Part shown: positions 47,969 through 58,901 of the stretch, one piece after another
Layout of the letters: the number at the start of each line of letters is the position of its first letter
Numbering within the stretch: the first letter of the stretch is position 1
Assembly: GCA_958295855.1 (NCBI GenBank)
Contig: OY282383.1
Location: 252,481 to 316,480 of the forward strand
Origin: an uncultured Poribacteria bacterium
GTDB lineage: Bacteria > Poribacteria > WGA-4E > WGA-3G
Reading direction: 5' to 3'
Length of the DNA: 64,000 bases
Notes under the pieces: model-generated
Seen by the model: the letters and a program-made list of their open reading frames with translations, nothing else
What the model was told of the DNA's origin: nothing
Databases searched by the model: none
Position numbers and translations under genes: made by a program

Positions 47969-49732
47969 TCAGCATGCACCACACTTCTTGCAAACGGTAG
48001 TATCACATTCGCTCGTCATAAACCCTTTTTCGTGCTTGTTGAATTCTAACTGTAGGAATTGGGGTTTAACATTGAGATCGAGATGATCCCAAGGATTTAT
48101 CTCATCAAATGGGCGTTGGCGGATCGCGTAAAAATCGGGGGCTAACCCGTGGTTACGGAAGGCTTGGTTCCATGATGCCCCGCGGGCAAGTTCTAGGATA
48201 ACCTTTCCAAGGCGCCGGTCGCCCCGTGCAAAGGCTGCTTCCTGGTGTGCGAGTCTAGCACTCGCGGACCCGACCTTTATGCTTCCGAGTTGGTTAATTT
48301 CGCGTCTCAGAAAATCAAGTTTTCGGGCAATGGTTTTGGGAGGTTCCATGGCAACCCACTGAAAAGGCGTATGCGGCTTAGGCACCATTGGAGAAATCGT
48401 AAAACTAATACGGCCCATCCTCCCAGTTCGCTTTGCATAAGGGAGAAGAATCGTTCGCATCTCTTTAGCCATATCCACAATCGCTGTCACATCCGCAGGG
48501 GTTTCATGAGGGACTCCGATGAGGAAGTATAAGCGAAGATTGAGAATATCACGCTTCAACGCCTCTTCAAAGACATAATAGAGCCGTTCCCGCGGAATTG
48601 CTTTATTCACAACCTTTTGAAGTTCTTCAGTCGCCACTTCGGGAGCAATCGTAATTGTGCCTTGTTCGCTGTCAGCAAGTGCATCAAGTAAAGGGGCTCG
48701 TACTGTCTCCGCGCGAAGTGAAGCACATGAGATGCGAAACCCTCGTGCTACCAAGCCAGTTGCTATCTCGTCAATTTGCGGATGGTCGGATATGGAGGCC
48801 CCGACTAACCCAATTCTGTCCGTAATGCCTCTTGCTCTTTCTGCGAGTGCCAGCGTATTTTGCACGGAGCGATGCCTCGGCCATCGACGGGCGTAATCTG
48901 CCACACAAAAACGACACTGCCTGCCACAACCACGCACGATCTCAATCAGATGCGCATTTGCAAACTCAGTATTCGGCGTATGAATATGTGTACAGGTTTG
49001 GACATCATCAAGTTTCGGCACCGCGGCGGCACGAATTCGTGGCGGTACATCCGGTTGTGGGCGGACCTGCTGGATAGTTCCATCATCTCGATAGGTTACG
49101 TCATAAAAACGTGGGACATAGAGCCCTGTAACCGTCGCGAGTGTTTTAAGCAATTCGGTTTTGGACGGGTGGTATGTACCCCGCTTTGCGGGGTTTCCGC
49201 CTTTTGCGCTCTGCTTCCATTCCTGAAAGTGTGCCATGAGTTCATGGATAACAACCTCAGCTTCTCCGACAACAAACACATCTATGAAGTCAGCAATCGG
49301 TTCTGGATTGTAGGAAATATTAATGCCGCCTGCTATCACAAGCGGTTCCCATTCCGAACGTTCCTCGGCAAGTGGTGGGATGTTCGCCAACTCCAAGGTG
49401 CGCGGAATATTAACATAATCCGATTCAAATGAGACCGAAAAACCGATGATGTCGAACCGGTTAAGTGCCGTTTGCGTCTCAAAAGAAAAGAGCCGCGTTT
49501 TCTGGCTGACAAGCTTCCGAAGATATTCAGATTCAGGCACGAAGACACGCTCGCAAGCCGTATCGTCTCGGCTGTTGAGCGTAGCATAGATAACCTGAAC
49601 GCCAAGACTCGACATCCCAAGTTGATAGGTACTCGGGTAGACGAGCGCGAAGCGGTTCGGTTTTCTGAAATTCAGACGTGGGTTTCCGTGTTCTTCGCTC
49701 AGCAGGTGTTGGTAGTGCTCTTGTAAATTCAA
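47969..49732 (-). CDS. B12-binding-domain-like / radical SAM protein (TIGR03960-like)
   Basis: CxxxCxxC cluster VRGCGRQCRFC. N-terminal ...ALVYPSTYQLGMSSLGVQVIY... A hairpin repeat encodes GGNPAKRGTYHPS in frame (49170-49205). Confidence 0.7.
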   Translation of the reverse strand: MNLQEHYQHLLSEEHGNPRLNFRKPNRFALVYPSTYQLGMSSLGVQVIYATLNSRDDTACERVFVPESEYLRKLVSQKTRLFSFETQTALNRFDIIGFSVSFESDYVNIPRTLELANIPPLAEERSEWEPLVIAGGINISYNPEPIADFIDVFVVGEAEVVIHELMAHFQEWKQSAKGGNPAKRGTYHPSKTELLKTLATVTGLYVPRFYDVTYRDDGTIQQVRPQPDVPPRIRAAAVPKLDDVQTCTHIHTPNTEFANAHLIEIVRGCGRQCRFCVADYARRWPRHRSVQNTLALAERARGITDRIGLVGASISDHPQIDEIATGLVARGFRISCASLRAETVRAPLLDALADSEQGTITIAPEVATEELQKVVNKAIPRERLYYVFEEALKRDILNLRLYFLIGVPHETPADVTAIVDMAKEMRTILLPYAKRTGRMGRISFTISPMVPKPHTPFQWVAMEPPKTIARKLDFLRREINQLGSIKVGSASARLAHQEAAFARGDRRLGKVILELARGASWNQAFRNHGLAPDFYAIRQRPFDEINPWDHLDLNVKPQFLQLEFNKHEKGFMTSECDTTVCKKCGAC

Positions 49733-49949
49733 TTTTTTTTGCCTTTTTCGTTTTTCCTTGCGGAGTAATCAGATTGCATTTTTCTCCACAAAGTTCGGTG
49801 GAGGTTTGTGATACAATGCATTTGTCTAGCAAGTTTTGGCTTGCAAGCTTCGCCGCGTCTGTCTAGCAAGTGGGCATGCCCTGTTGCACTGCGGGTATAT
49901 TTTCTCTATTATCCTCCACATCACCAGAGAGCCCTAGTATCGGAAGATG

Positions 49950-50254
49950 ATTCCCCTCCCACACAAAACTGCATCGCCCCGATGCACGTCGCATCTGGGC
50001 GCAGAGGGTGCAAACCCCTGCTTTGCAGGGGTTCATGCCTATTCGCCGCAAATCATAGAAAACAAAGCCGATGCACGTCGCATCTGGGCGCAGAGGGTGC
50101 AAACCCCTGCTTTGCAGGGGTTCATGCCTATTAGCCGCAAAATTTCATCTATCCTTCGACTCAGTTGGGAGATGGTATTTGCCCCGCAAAGCGGGGTGTA
50201 CACCCTCATGACTATTTGTTGGCTAAAGATGCTTGCCCCGCTTTGCGGGGGTAA
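49950..50254. repeat. repeat block including an ~88-bp tandem duplication (49975-50062 / 50063-50150) and several family B hairpins
   Basis: ccgatgcacgtcgcatctggggcgcagagggtgcaaacccctgctttgcaggggttcatgcctatt appears twice, followed by ccccgcaaagcgggg and ccccgctttgcgggg hairpins. Confidence 0.8.
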
Positions 50255-51496
50255 TCACTTTTTGCCTTTTTTTTGAACGCGAAGAAACGCAGGAATATCC
50301 CAATCTGTCTCGGTCTGACGCGTGGGCTGGTCATTAGGAGGCGAAGGGGGCCGTTCTTTCTTTTTTGTTACAGGCGATGGTGGGCTGGGCTCAGTACGCC
50401 GGCTATCAGTGCCTCCACCCGAAAAGTCAGCAGGCGTTCTTCTACGCGATCGCCTATTTGGCGAGGCCCGGCCTGGCTGTGTGTAAGATGGCCGAGGCTC
50501 GGCATATTCCTCTGCCTCATCGTATTCCGAGTCAGAATCGAAACCAGTTGCAATAACAGTCACCAGGACTTCATCTCCCAATTCTAGTTCATCTTTGTAG
50601 ACAAGCCCAAAGATAATCTGTGCATCCATCGAGTTCTCTTGAATAACTCGCATTGCTTCATCCAATTCGTGCATCATGAAATCGGGCGGGGACGTGATGT
50701 TCACAATCATGCCCACAGCGCCTGCGATGTCGGTTTGTTCAAGGAGGGGCGATTGGATGGCGGATTCAGCGGCGACTTGTGCGCGGTTATCGCCTGTTGC
50801 ACGGCCCATGCCCATCAACGCACTCCCGGCTCCACGCATAATTGCTTGAACATCCGCGAAGTCAACGTTAATTTCGCCGGAATCTGTGACGATGTCGGAG
50901 ATGCTCTGAACGCCATGCAGTAGAATCTGGTCACCGACACGGAAGGCTTCCCGGATTGGGAGTTTCCTATCCATTGAATCAATCAACCGTTGGTTGGGCA
51001 CAACAATGACTGAATCGGCTGCTTCGCGGAGCTCTTGCACCCCATTCTCAGCATGTTCCGCGCGCCGCCTGCCCTCAAAATTAAAGGGACGCGTTACCAC
51101 GCCGATGGTTAAAGCATTCCGTTCTCGAGCCAAAGCCGCGATGAGCGGTGCCGCGCCGGTGCCTGTACCGCCGCCCATCCCCGCTGTGATGAAAACCATG
51201 TTGGCATCAGTAACAATGGCCTCCAGCCGTTCCCTATCTTCCTCAGCTGCTTGTCTGCCCACCTCCGGGTTCGCGCCAGAACCTAAACCTTCAGTTGTGT
51301 TAATCCCAATCTGGATTTGCGTAGCGCCATGACACGTCATCAGTGCTTGCTGATCGGTGTTGACAGCGTAAAATTCAATGCCGGTTAACCCCGCTTCAAT
51401 CATCCGTTTGACAGCGTTTCCACCTGCCCCGCCGACACCGACGACCTTGATTTTTGCTTGCAAACTTTCAAATTCTTCTTGTTCAAATTTTATCAT
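50255..51496 (-). CDS. ftsZ: cell division protein FtsZ
   Basis: GVGGAGGNAV and the tubulin signature GGGTGTGAAP. C-terminal DIPAFLR peptide. Confidence 0.95.
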   Translation of the reverse strand: MIKFEQEEFESLQAKIKVVGVGGAGGNAVKRMIEAGLTGIEFYAVNTDQQALMTCHGATQIQIGINTTEGLGSGANPEVGRQAAEEDRERLEAIVTDANMVFITAGMGGGTGTGAAPLIAALARERNALTIGVVTRPFNFEGRRRAEHAENGVQELREAADSVIVVPNQRLIDSMDRKLPIREAFRVGDQILLHGVQSISDIVTDSGEINVDFADVQAIMRGAGSALMGMGRATGDNRAQVAAESAIQSPLLEQTDIAGAVGMIVNITSPPDFMMHELDEAMRVIQENSMDAQIIFGLVYKDELELGDEVLVTVIATGFDSDSEYDEAEEYAEPRPSYTQPGRASPNRRSRRRTPADFSGGGTDSRRTEPSPPSPVTKKKERPPSPPNDQPTRQTETDWDIPAFLRVQKKGKK

Positions 51497-52020
51497 CTCG
51501 AATTTCAGCTACCATCTCAATACGACAGCAACCTAATTCCCTCCTATTTTAGGTTTTTCGACGTTCCTTGCGGAGAATTTAGGTAGCAAGTTAGGGCTGC
51601 CAACACAGGGTAAATCTCGGAATGCACCTCGCATTTGGGCGCAACGTGCATTCACGCGCAACTTGGTGCGAAACGAAGCCTGTAGCGCAATTGTGCTTTG
51701 CCCTATATTCTCTCAACGGAAGCGAGGAAGTCCTCTCTTGTTTAAACCGCATCGGGGTTACAAACCCTTCCCGCAGTAAATTATAATGCATTTCCAAAGT
51801 TAAGTCAAGTGTTCCTATTGTTTTTAGGGCATTTCGTTTTAAGAAATAGGTTTATGTTTGTGAAGGGCGCGTGTGGCTGGATGCTCGAACGGGTTCGGGA
51901 TGGCGCACACGAGCCCGAACCCGTTGGGGAACCCTCCTCACACAAATTGTTGAAAAACGAAATAGCCCTCTTGTTTTAAGCATGGATATTCGAGATTCGG
52001 AGATTGCTCCTACAAGGCAT

Positions 52021-53259
52021 CTAATATCCAAACCACTCTTTTATCCGCTGCAGCATCCTACCAAATGCGTTGTGACGTTGCTGTAAGGAGTGCTCTAATG
52101 CTTGACGCCGCTGTTTTTCGCCATAAAGTACAAGTCCAATACTCGTTGCATACATCGGATGATTCACACGATCTGTTAAGCCTCGCAGTCCTTTTGGATA
52201 GCCGACTTGAACGCGGAGCGGAATGATAGCTTCAGCGAGTTCTGGCAAGCCATCCATAAGTGACGTACCTCCCGTGAGTACCAGGCCCCCGGGGAGTGAT
52301 ATATCCCCCAGTTCATTCGCAATAGCTTCTAAGATTTCTGCCATCCGGTATTCAATATTTTGTGCGAGATCAATGCGCTCGATAAAACGGGGCCGGTTGG
52401 AGCCGACAGTCACCGGAATTGAATCGGCGGTATCATGATTCACCAATTCTGTCCAGGCACACCCTCGATGAAGTTTGAGTTCCTCTGCTTCAGGAAGCGT
52501 GACTTTTAAGTACTGGGCGATGTCGTTGGTAACATGTTTCCCCCCGACAGGGAGGACAGCTGTGTGTTGGATAGAATCTTCTTTGTAGACGATAATTTCG
52601 GTTGTGCCGCCTCCAATATCAACGAGGGCAATGCCGACTTCGCGTTCATCTCGCGACACGACTGCTTGCGCAGCGGCGAGCGGCCCAACAACAAGCGTTT
52701 CGATCTCAAGTCCCTCCGGGTCGCCCGCCCTTTTGATACTATTGCACAGATTCTCAATCGCGGTAGTCCCCCCTATAATGAGGTAGGCGTAGGCTTCAAG
52801 GCGCGCGCCAGACATTCCAACAGGCTCCTTAATCCGGTCCTGGGCATCAACGACGAAATTCTGTTCAATGACATGCAGGACTTGCCGATCTGCCGGGATA
52901 GAAATTGCCTCCGCCGCTACCATCGCCCGATGAACATCATTCTGGGTAATTTCGGGGCTATTCGTTACGGAAACAACGCCGTGTGACATCTGCCCAACAA
53001 TGTGTTCACCGGAAATGCCAGCACACACGGAGTCTATTTTAATACCTGCCATCAATTCCGCATCCGAAATCGCCTTGCGGATCGCCTCTGTGGTTTGCTT
53101 AAGATCCACCACAATCCCCCCTCGCAAGCCTTCGGAGGGGGCATGCCCAACGCCAATGATTTCAATTTTTTCAGATTCCCCTTTCAATGTATTTCCAACG
53201 ACTACAGAAATTTTGCTTGAACCTACATCCAGCCCGGCAATAATATTTTGTCTAGGCAT
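52021..53259 (-). CDS. ftsA: cell division protein FtsA
   Basis: Actin-like ATPase: GLDVGSSKISVVV, DIGGGTTE and LTGGTSLMDGL. Confidence 0.9.
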   Translation of the reverse strand: MPRQNIIAGLDVGSSKISVVVGNTLKGESEKIEIIGVGHAPSEGLRGGIVVDLKQTTEAIRKAISDAELMAGIKIDSVCAGISGEHIVGQMSHGVVSVTNSPEITQNDVHRAMVAAEAISIPADRQVLHVIEQNFVVDAQDRIKEPVGMSGARLEAYAYLIIGGTTAIENLCNSIKRAGDPEGLEIETLVVGPLAAAQAVVSRDEREVGIALVDIGGGTTEIIVYKEDSIQHTAVLPVGGKHVTNDIAQYLKVTLPEAEELKLHRGCAWTELVNHDTADSIPVTVGSNRPRFIERIDLAQNIEYRMAEILEAIANELGDISLPGGLVLTGGTSLMDGLPELAEAIIPLRVQVGYPKGLRGLTDRVNHPMYATSIGLVLYGEKQRRQALEHSLQQRHNAFGRMLQRIKEWFGY

Positions 53260-54297
53260 TTACTTTTTTTCACCTCCTAAATAGATTGTATTTTCAAACC
53301 TTGCATCTACATAAGTGTATGTTGCCTCGGAACTGTCACCAACAGGTGAGCGCATCCAAAGTTTTTGCTGTTTTAAGAATAGAGCAATATGATGAATCCC
53401 CAAGTCAATCATGTCTGCAGCAATCCATGCTGGAAACCGCATCGTGTTGAACTGAATTTTAATCTTCTGCGAATTTCGGGCATCAATACTTTCTATATTC
53501 CTTGCGAGTTCCGGCTCCTCAAACAAGGCGGTTTTTAAGACATCAATTCCTAATTGGACATCAGCCGTTTGGACAAGCGTACCAATTTTAGGCAATTTAT
53601 CGCCTTCTGCAACAAGTGTAACCACGGTATCGGGGAAGGTATCGTCACGCATTGAAAATCCGTGACTAACTTCTCCCCCTCCCACACCCGGGCGGGCCGG
53701 GACGCGAACCGCTTCAACGCTGATAGATTCTAGCACATGTCCTTCAATATCTATTAAAAAAAGCACATTATCGCGGCCTGTGGGCGTCCTGACTGATGGA
53801 TATTTTAGCCTAGCAAAGGGTTCACGCTCCGTAACTTCAATGGTAAGCATCCGCTTCATCAAATGTCTGGACACTCGAGCATCCTTAATATAGCTGAGAC
53901 TCTCCTGGAGATAAGCAGCAGTCTGTTCTTCCGAATTTGTGAGGATATTGTCTAATTTCGCACCTAACACATCATAAACTTGCACCTCAGTATAGTGTAG
54001 GTTTCCGAAAATCTCCAGCGAAATGTGCTCAACACTGAAAAAACGCAACACCGTCTTACCGAGAAATGACAAGGTAACCACGAGCGCGATGATGAAGATT
54101 AGCCGCCGCCAAAGGTACACCTTCGAGCTAGTACGCCTCCCAACCGGTTGGACATGCCTTGCGCTATAAGCATTTCTCCCCCGCTTTGCGGGGGTAATAC
54201 GCCACCTCCGCACATTTCCCCCGCGAGAGCCTCTTTGCGAGCCAGATATAATCTTCATCCAACATATTCCTTTTCCGCATGCCTTGCGGAGTACCAC
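53260..54297 (-). CDS. ftsQ: cell division protein FtsQ (POTRA domain)
   Basis: Position between ddl/murC and ftsA. Single TM LIFIIALVVTLSFL followed by a POTRA-like region. The N-terminal ~40 codons include a hairpin repeat (RITPAKRGRN), so the start is uncertain. Confidence 0.6.
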   Translation of the reverse strand: MVLRKACGKGICWMKIISGSQRGSRGGNVRRWRITPAKRGRNAYSARHVQPVGRRTSSKVYLWRRLIFIIALVVTLSFLGKTVLRFFSVEHISLEIFGNLHYTEVQVYDVLGAKLDNILTNSEEQTAAYLQESLSYIKDARVSRHLMKRMLTIEVTEREPFARLKYPSVRTPTGRDNVLFLIDIEGHVLESISVEAVRVPARPGVGGGEVSHGFSMRDDTFPDTVVTLVAEGDKLPKIGTLVQTADVQLGIDVLKTALFEEPELARNIESIDARNSQKIKIQFNTMRFPAWIAADMIDLGIHHIALFLKQQKLWMRSPVGDSSEATYTYVDARFENTIYLGGEKK

Positions 54298-54653
54298 GCG
54301 CCCTCTGTAGTTTCAAGGCCCTTACAGCTCTCGTCAGAGGACTCTTAGGTAGGCCTTGCAGCACAACCCTCTTTAGCCCCAGCGGGGCGGTATGTGTATA
54401 GAAACACGGCCATCCCTAGATGATAAACCCCAGCGGAGCGAAGCGAAATGTGTAGAGAGACGAAAGACTCCGACGAGATTTACAGTGCAACGTCGGAACT
54501 ACCCTGCACTCTCAATTCTCCGCAAGGAATGACGAAAGACTCCGACGACATCTACAGTGCATTGTTAGAATTATCCTGCCAATGGTATTTTCCCCTGCTT
54601 TGCAGGGGTTTCATACCAAGTTGTGAATGGCCAATGAACAACTTTTTTATTTC
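54298..54653. repeat. repeat block (family F ctctttagcccc..ggggcgg.atgtgtatag ×2, family A/MITE, family B hairpin)
   Basis: Seen in sequence; compare 16190-16275 and 18000-18130. Confidence 0.8.
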
Positions 54654-56057
54654 TTACTTATGCTGATTACTCCGCAAGGAATGACGAAAAACACTACGTG
54701 CCTCTAAGCCTTCCAAGAATTCCCGGCCAACTTTACTGATGTCACCCGCCCCTAGCGTAATTACAATATCGCCTGGCTGCGTGAGCTGCAGGAGCACTTC
54801 GGGAACTTCATCCGTGTTTGGAACATAGATGACGTGTCTATGCCCGTGCACCCGTATTGCCTCCGCCAACTTTTCAGCGGTGACGTTTTCAATAGGGGAT
54901 TCTCCAGCACCATAGATTGACGTAACAATCAGCACATCAGCTTGATAAAAGGAGCGAGAGAACTCATCCGCCAAATCTCTTACGCGCTGGTGCCGATGTG
55001 GCTGAAAGACACCAACGATGCGGCGTTTGTAACCATCGCGTGCTCCACTTAGGGCCGCCTTCAACTTGGCTGGATTGTGGGCATAATCGTCTACAACGAT
55101 AATGTCATCCACTTCACCGAGCACTTCAAAACGGCGGTGCACGCCTTGAAACGACTCAAGGCTACTCCGGATATCATCGAACGGGATGCCTAGTTCAAGC
55201 CCCACGGCTATCGCTGCCAAAGAGTTCGAGATATTATGTCGCCCTGGCATTTTGAGATGGATTTCGCCATACGTCTTGCCATTTTTGCGAACCTGATAGC
55301 GGGATGTGGGCCCTTCCACAGCAATGCCTTCAGCAGTTAGATCCGCGTTCGTTTCAAGGCCGTATGTCAGATACCGTTTTTCAACGCGTGGAATGAACTT
55401 TTGAATATTTTCCCCATCTAAGCAGAGCACGGCAAGGCCGTAGAAAGGCACCTTATTGACAAACTTTAGGAAAGTCTCACTAATCTCGTCAACGCTGCTG
55501 TAATAATCAAGATGGTCGGCATCAACTGAAGTCACAACTGCAACGGTTGGGTAGAACATCTCTATCGAACCGTACGCCTCGTCCGCTTCGACTACCATGA
55601 CATCGCCTTTGCCACTTCGTGCATGGCTGCCGTTCACCAACTTACCGCCCACCACAACCGTCGGATCAAGGCTTCCGAGCACGGCCGCAGTCATCGCAGT
55701 CGTCGTCGTTTTCCCATGAGTTCCGCTGACTGCGACGCTGTAGCGCATCCGCGTAATCTCATTAAGCATCTCAGCACCCCGAACGATGGGGATTTTCTGT
55801 GTCTGTGCAGCAACGAGTTCCGGATTGTCGGGTGGAATAGCCGGCGACATAACGACAACATCCGCGCCGTTGACATGCGCGGCTGCATGACTGTAGTAGA
55901 GGGTTGCCCCACGCGCACGTAGGTGTTCCGTTGTTTCTGACTTTCGGATATCTGAACCTGTGACGTGGAAACCGAAGTCAAGCAGGATTTCAGTAATTCC
56001 ACTGAGGCCGGCACCGCCGATACCTATAACATGGATATGTTGTGTTTTTCCAAACAT
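54654..56057 (-). CDS. murC: UDP-N-acetylmuramate--L-alanine ligase
   Basis: Start MFGKTQHIHVIGIGGAGLSGIAEIL. Mur ligase motifs. The C-terminal tail runs into a MITE TIR. Confidence 0.85.
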   Translation of the reverse strand: MFGKTQHIHVIGIGGAGLSGITEILLDFGFHVTGSDIRKSETTEHLRARGATLYYSHAAAHVNGADVVVMSPAIPPDNPELVAAQTQKIPIVRGAEMLNEITRMRYSVAVSGTHGKTTTTAMTAAVLGSLDPTVVVGGKLVNGSHARSGKGDVMVVEADEAYGSIEMFYPTVAVVTSVDADHLDYYSSVDEISETFLKFVNKVPFYGLAVLCLDGENIQKFIPRVEKRYLTYGLETNADLTAEGIAVEGPTSRYQVRKNGKTYGEIHLKMPGRHNISNSLAAIAVGLELGIPFDDIRSSLESFQGVHRRFEVLGEVDDIIVVDDYAHNPAKLKAALSGARDGYKRRIVGVFQPHRHQRVRDLADEFSRSFYQADVLIVTSIYGAGESPIENVTAEKLAEAIRVHGHRHVIYVPNTDEVPEVLLQLTQPGDIVITLGAGDISKVGREFLEGLEARSVFRHSLRSNQHK

Positions 56058-56336
56058 TCTTTCTACATTCCTTATTCCTTGCGGAGCGCGTTTACTATGA
56101 AAAATCAGATGGTGGAAGCAAGATCGTTCATCGACTTCACGATAAATCTCGTCAAAGGAGAAGTTCAACACGCATTGAAAATGCGTGGCTAATCCTTGCT
56201 GCAACACGCATAAGACACGAACCTCTCTCTAATGCATCGCAAATCTGTAGCTGCAGTGCCTTGTGCCTGCCCACTCCACTTGCGTCAGAAACCTCCGACG
56301 AGATCTACAGTGCAGCGCCAGACCTATCTTGCATTC

Positions 56337-57527
56337 TCAATTCTCCGCAAGGAATGACGAATAAATAGATTGCGCGATGTCATCGCTTGCGCGTGGCTTC
56401 CCAAGTGCTCGGCTTTTGGATACCATCTGTTGATACATTTTCTCATTCATTGTTATTCGGACAAGATGTTCAACGAGTGCATCTGCTGTCAAAATGTGCT
56501 GTTCAAGCACAACTGCTGCCCCGGCACTCGCAATAGTTTGCGCGTTTAAGACTTGGTTATTTCCCGTTTGCGCGGGTAAGGGAATAAAAATAGCAGGGAT
56601 GCCACATGCGGTGACTTCAGAGACAGTCATTCCACCCGCTCTGCACACCATGACATCAGCAATGCTATAAACCTCCTCAACAGCATCAAAGAAAGGTTGG
56701 ACCCGAGATAGGAGCTTCTTTTCAGATGTGGCACTTACCTTATGCTGTGCTTGATACGCTGCCTGTACTGCTTCAGCGTCAGCTGCACCAGTTTGATGCA
56801 CCACCTGGAGCCGGTCTGCAAACGCAGTTAATTGAGGTAGGGCTGCCACCATTGCCTCATTGATTGCACGGGCCCCTTGACTTCCGCCCATGACAAACAC
56901 CGTTTTCCGATTCGGAGACAATCCGAATTTGCTATAAGTTGCTTCACGTCTGGGAGACGCGCTGATTGCAGGACGGATAGGGTTTCCTGTCACTTCAACA
57001 ATCCTTGTAGAAGCACCCTTGTAGGGGCAGTGCCTTGTGCCTGCCCACGCTTTCATAGGTTCCAGCGCGAGATAGACAGCTTTCGCCCAACGCGCCAAAA
57101 TACCATTGGTTAACCCAACAGAAGCATTCTGTTCCTGGATTGCTATCGGAATTTTGCGCAGTGCCCCGGCAAAAAGCACGGGCCCAGAAACATATCCGCC
57201 TGTTCCAATAACTATATCTGGCTTCAGCTGTTTCATATACCTTAACGATTGGCTGAGCCCCCGACAGACTTTCCAGATAACAGGGAACCACTGTAAAGTC
57301 AGACGGCGCGGAAAACCGGCGACAGAAATAGGCAGAAAACGGAAGCCATGTTGGGGCACGAGCGTTGATTCCAATCGTCCGTCACCACCAATGAAGACAA
57401 TATCAACGGTCTCATCTAAGCGTCTTAGTGCTTGTGCGATGCCGATAGCTGGATAGATATGCCCACCTGTTCCACCACCTGACATCACAATTGTGGGAGG
57501 GGTTTGTAACCCCGATAGTGTCCTCAT
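56337..57527 (-). CDS. murG: UDP-N-acetylglucosamine--N-acetylmuramyl-(pentapeptide) pyrophosphoryl-undecaprenol N-acetylglucosamine transferase
   Basis: IVMSGGGTGGHIYPAIGIAQAL. Contains the family D repeat-encoded WAGTRHCPYKG (57020-57050). The C-terminus SSFLAEN comes from a MITE TIR. Confidence 0.85.
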   Translation of the reverse strand: MRTLSGLQTPPTIVMSGGGTGGHIYPAIGIAQALRRLDETVDIVFIGGDGRLESTLVPQHGFRFLPISVAGFPRRLTLQWFPVIWKVCRGLSQSLRYMKQLKPDIVIGTGGYVSGPVLFAGALRKIPIAIQEQNASVGLTNGILARWAKAVYLALEPMKAWAGTRHCPYKGASTRIVEVTGNPIRPAISASPRREATYSKFGLSPNRKTVFVMGGSQGARAINEAMVAALPQLTAFADRLQVVHQTGAADAEAVQAAYQAQHKVSATSEKKLLSRVQPFFDAVEEVYSIADVMVCRAGGMTVSEVTACGIPAIFIPLPAQTGNNQVLNAQTIASAGAAVVLEQHILTADALVEHLVRITMNEKMYQQMVSKSRALGKPRASDDIAQSIYSSFLAEN

Positions 57528-57604
57528 CCCAAATCACTCCTAAAATGTTGCGTCAGAAACCTCCGACGAGATCTACAGTGCAACGTCAGAACTACCTTGC
57601 ATTC

Positions 57605-58720
57605 TCACTTCTCCGCAAGGAATGACGAAAACCTTGAGACATTGAGTAGAATACCAACACCTAACAAACTGAAGAGAATAGATGAACCGCCATAACTTAT
57701 AAAGGGTAACGTAATCCCTTTTGTCGGTAAGATGCCTGTGACAACCCCAATGTTAATGAATGCTTGTAAACCAATCAGCGTTGTAATGCCCGTAGCGAGC
57801 AGCGATCCAAACAGATCACTAGCATATCGGGCGATGTGCACGCCTCGCCACACAAACAACATGAAAAGCATTGTTACGCCTGCAGTCCCGAGGAACCCGA
57901 ACTCTTCTCCCAATACTGCAAAGATAAAATCTGTGTGCGGATAGGGGAGGCGCACAATTTTCATCACACTACTGTCAATGCCGGCACCGAACAAGCCCCC
58001 CCATTCAAGTGCACTGAGCGAGTGCGTTAACTGATAGTTCGTTGCATCGGGTGATTTCAACATCGCAAAATAATCACTGAACCGTTGCAGTCTATATGGA
58101 TCTCTAATTATCAATAAGCCCAGAAGGCCGCCACCTGCGCCGGCAAGTGCGACGGCATGCATGATGCGAATGCCTCCGATAAATAGCACGATACAGACAG
58201 TTAACGCCAATAGAAACGCGGAACCGAAGTCCGGCTGGCTCGCCACGAGGCCAAAAGCTGCCGCTAAAATTAGCACATTCGGTAGCACACCGTTTAAAAA
58301 ACTTTTCACTCGTTGTGGGTTTCGGCTCACAAAATTCGCGACATGGATGACTAACGCTATCTTAGCAAATTCAACAGGTTGAATATTCACTGGAGAATTG
58401 CCGATTCGGATCCAACGGTTAAATCTGCCGCCTTCCGCCCCTTGTACCCCAGTGCCAAGGAACGGCACAAAAACCAGTAATAACCCGACAAACCCGAGAA
58501 TCAAAAAGAAATTCGCATACAGTGTATAAATTCTGTAAGGCAAATAGGAGACCACCAACATTCCTATCAACCCGATGCTACAGGCGATAATGTGTATCCG
58601 CAAATAACGGTAACTATAACCGTCATACAATCTTGAGGACAGGAGATGGCTTGAGCTATACACCATCAAGATACCTATTGCAACGAGGCAGCATGTGAGC
58701 ATAAGTAGCCATCTATCCAT
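57605..58720 (-). CDS. ftsW: peptidoglycan glycosyltransferase FtsW (SEDS family)
   Basis: Polytopic SEDS protein. Start chosen at MDRWLLMLTCCLV. The longer ORF upstream (to 58918) consists of two family D repeats. Confidence 0.8.
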   Translation of the reverse strand: MDRWLLMLTCCLVAIGILMVYSSSHLLSSRLYDGYSYRYLRIHIIACSIGLIGMLVVSYLPYRIYTLYANFFLILGFVGLLLVFVPFLGTGVQGAEGGRFNRWIRIGNSPVNIQPVEFAKIALVIHVANFVSRNPQRVKSFLNGVLPNVLILAAAFGLVASQPDFGSAFLLALTVCIVLFIGGIRIMHAVALAGAGGGLLGLLIIRDPYRLQRFSDYFAMLKSPDATNYQLTHSLSALEWGGLFGAGIDSSVMKIVRLPYPHTDFIFAVLGEEFGFLGTAGVTMLFMLFVWRGVHIARYASDLFGSLLATGITTLIGLQAFINIGVVTGILPTKGITLPFISYGGSSILFSLLGVGILLNVSRFSSFLAEK

Positions 58721-58901
58721 TCGCCCAGTAGGGGCAGTGCCTTGTGCCTGCCCATCCCACCCCGATTTCCACCCTCGCCCGGACTTCTGGTTAAATGGTT
58801 TCCGCCCCAGACTCCGCTGCTGTACGGGCGATGCCGCAGTGCTCGCCCGTTGCCACTTGTTGTGTCGTAGGGGTAGAGCCTTGTGCCTACCCTGTCCACG
58901 G

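Noticed and set aside
48860-49432. 190-aa plus-strand ORF antisense to the radical SAM gene
   Set aside because: Antisense overlap; the radical SAM CxxxCxxC motif supports the minus-strand gene.
51884-51926. Rho-independent terminator between ftsA and ftsZ
   Set aside because: A 12-bp perfect stem is present, but no U-tract follows on the transcribed (minus) strand. Kept only as an unexplained hairpin.
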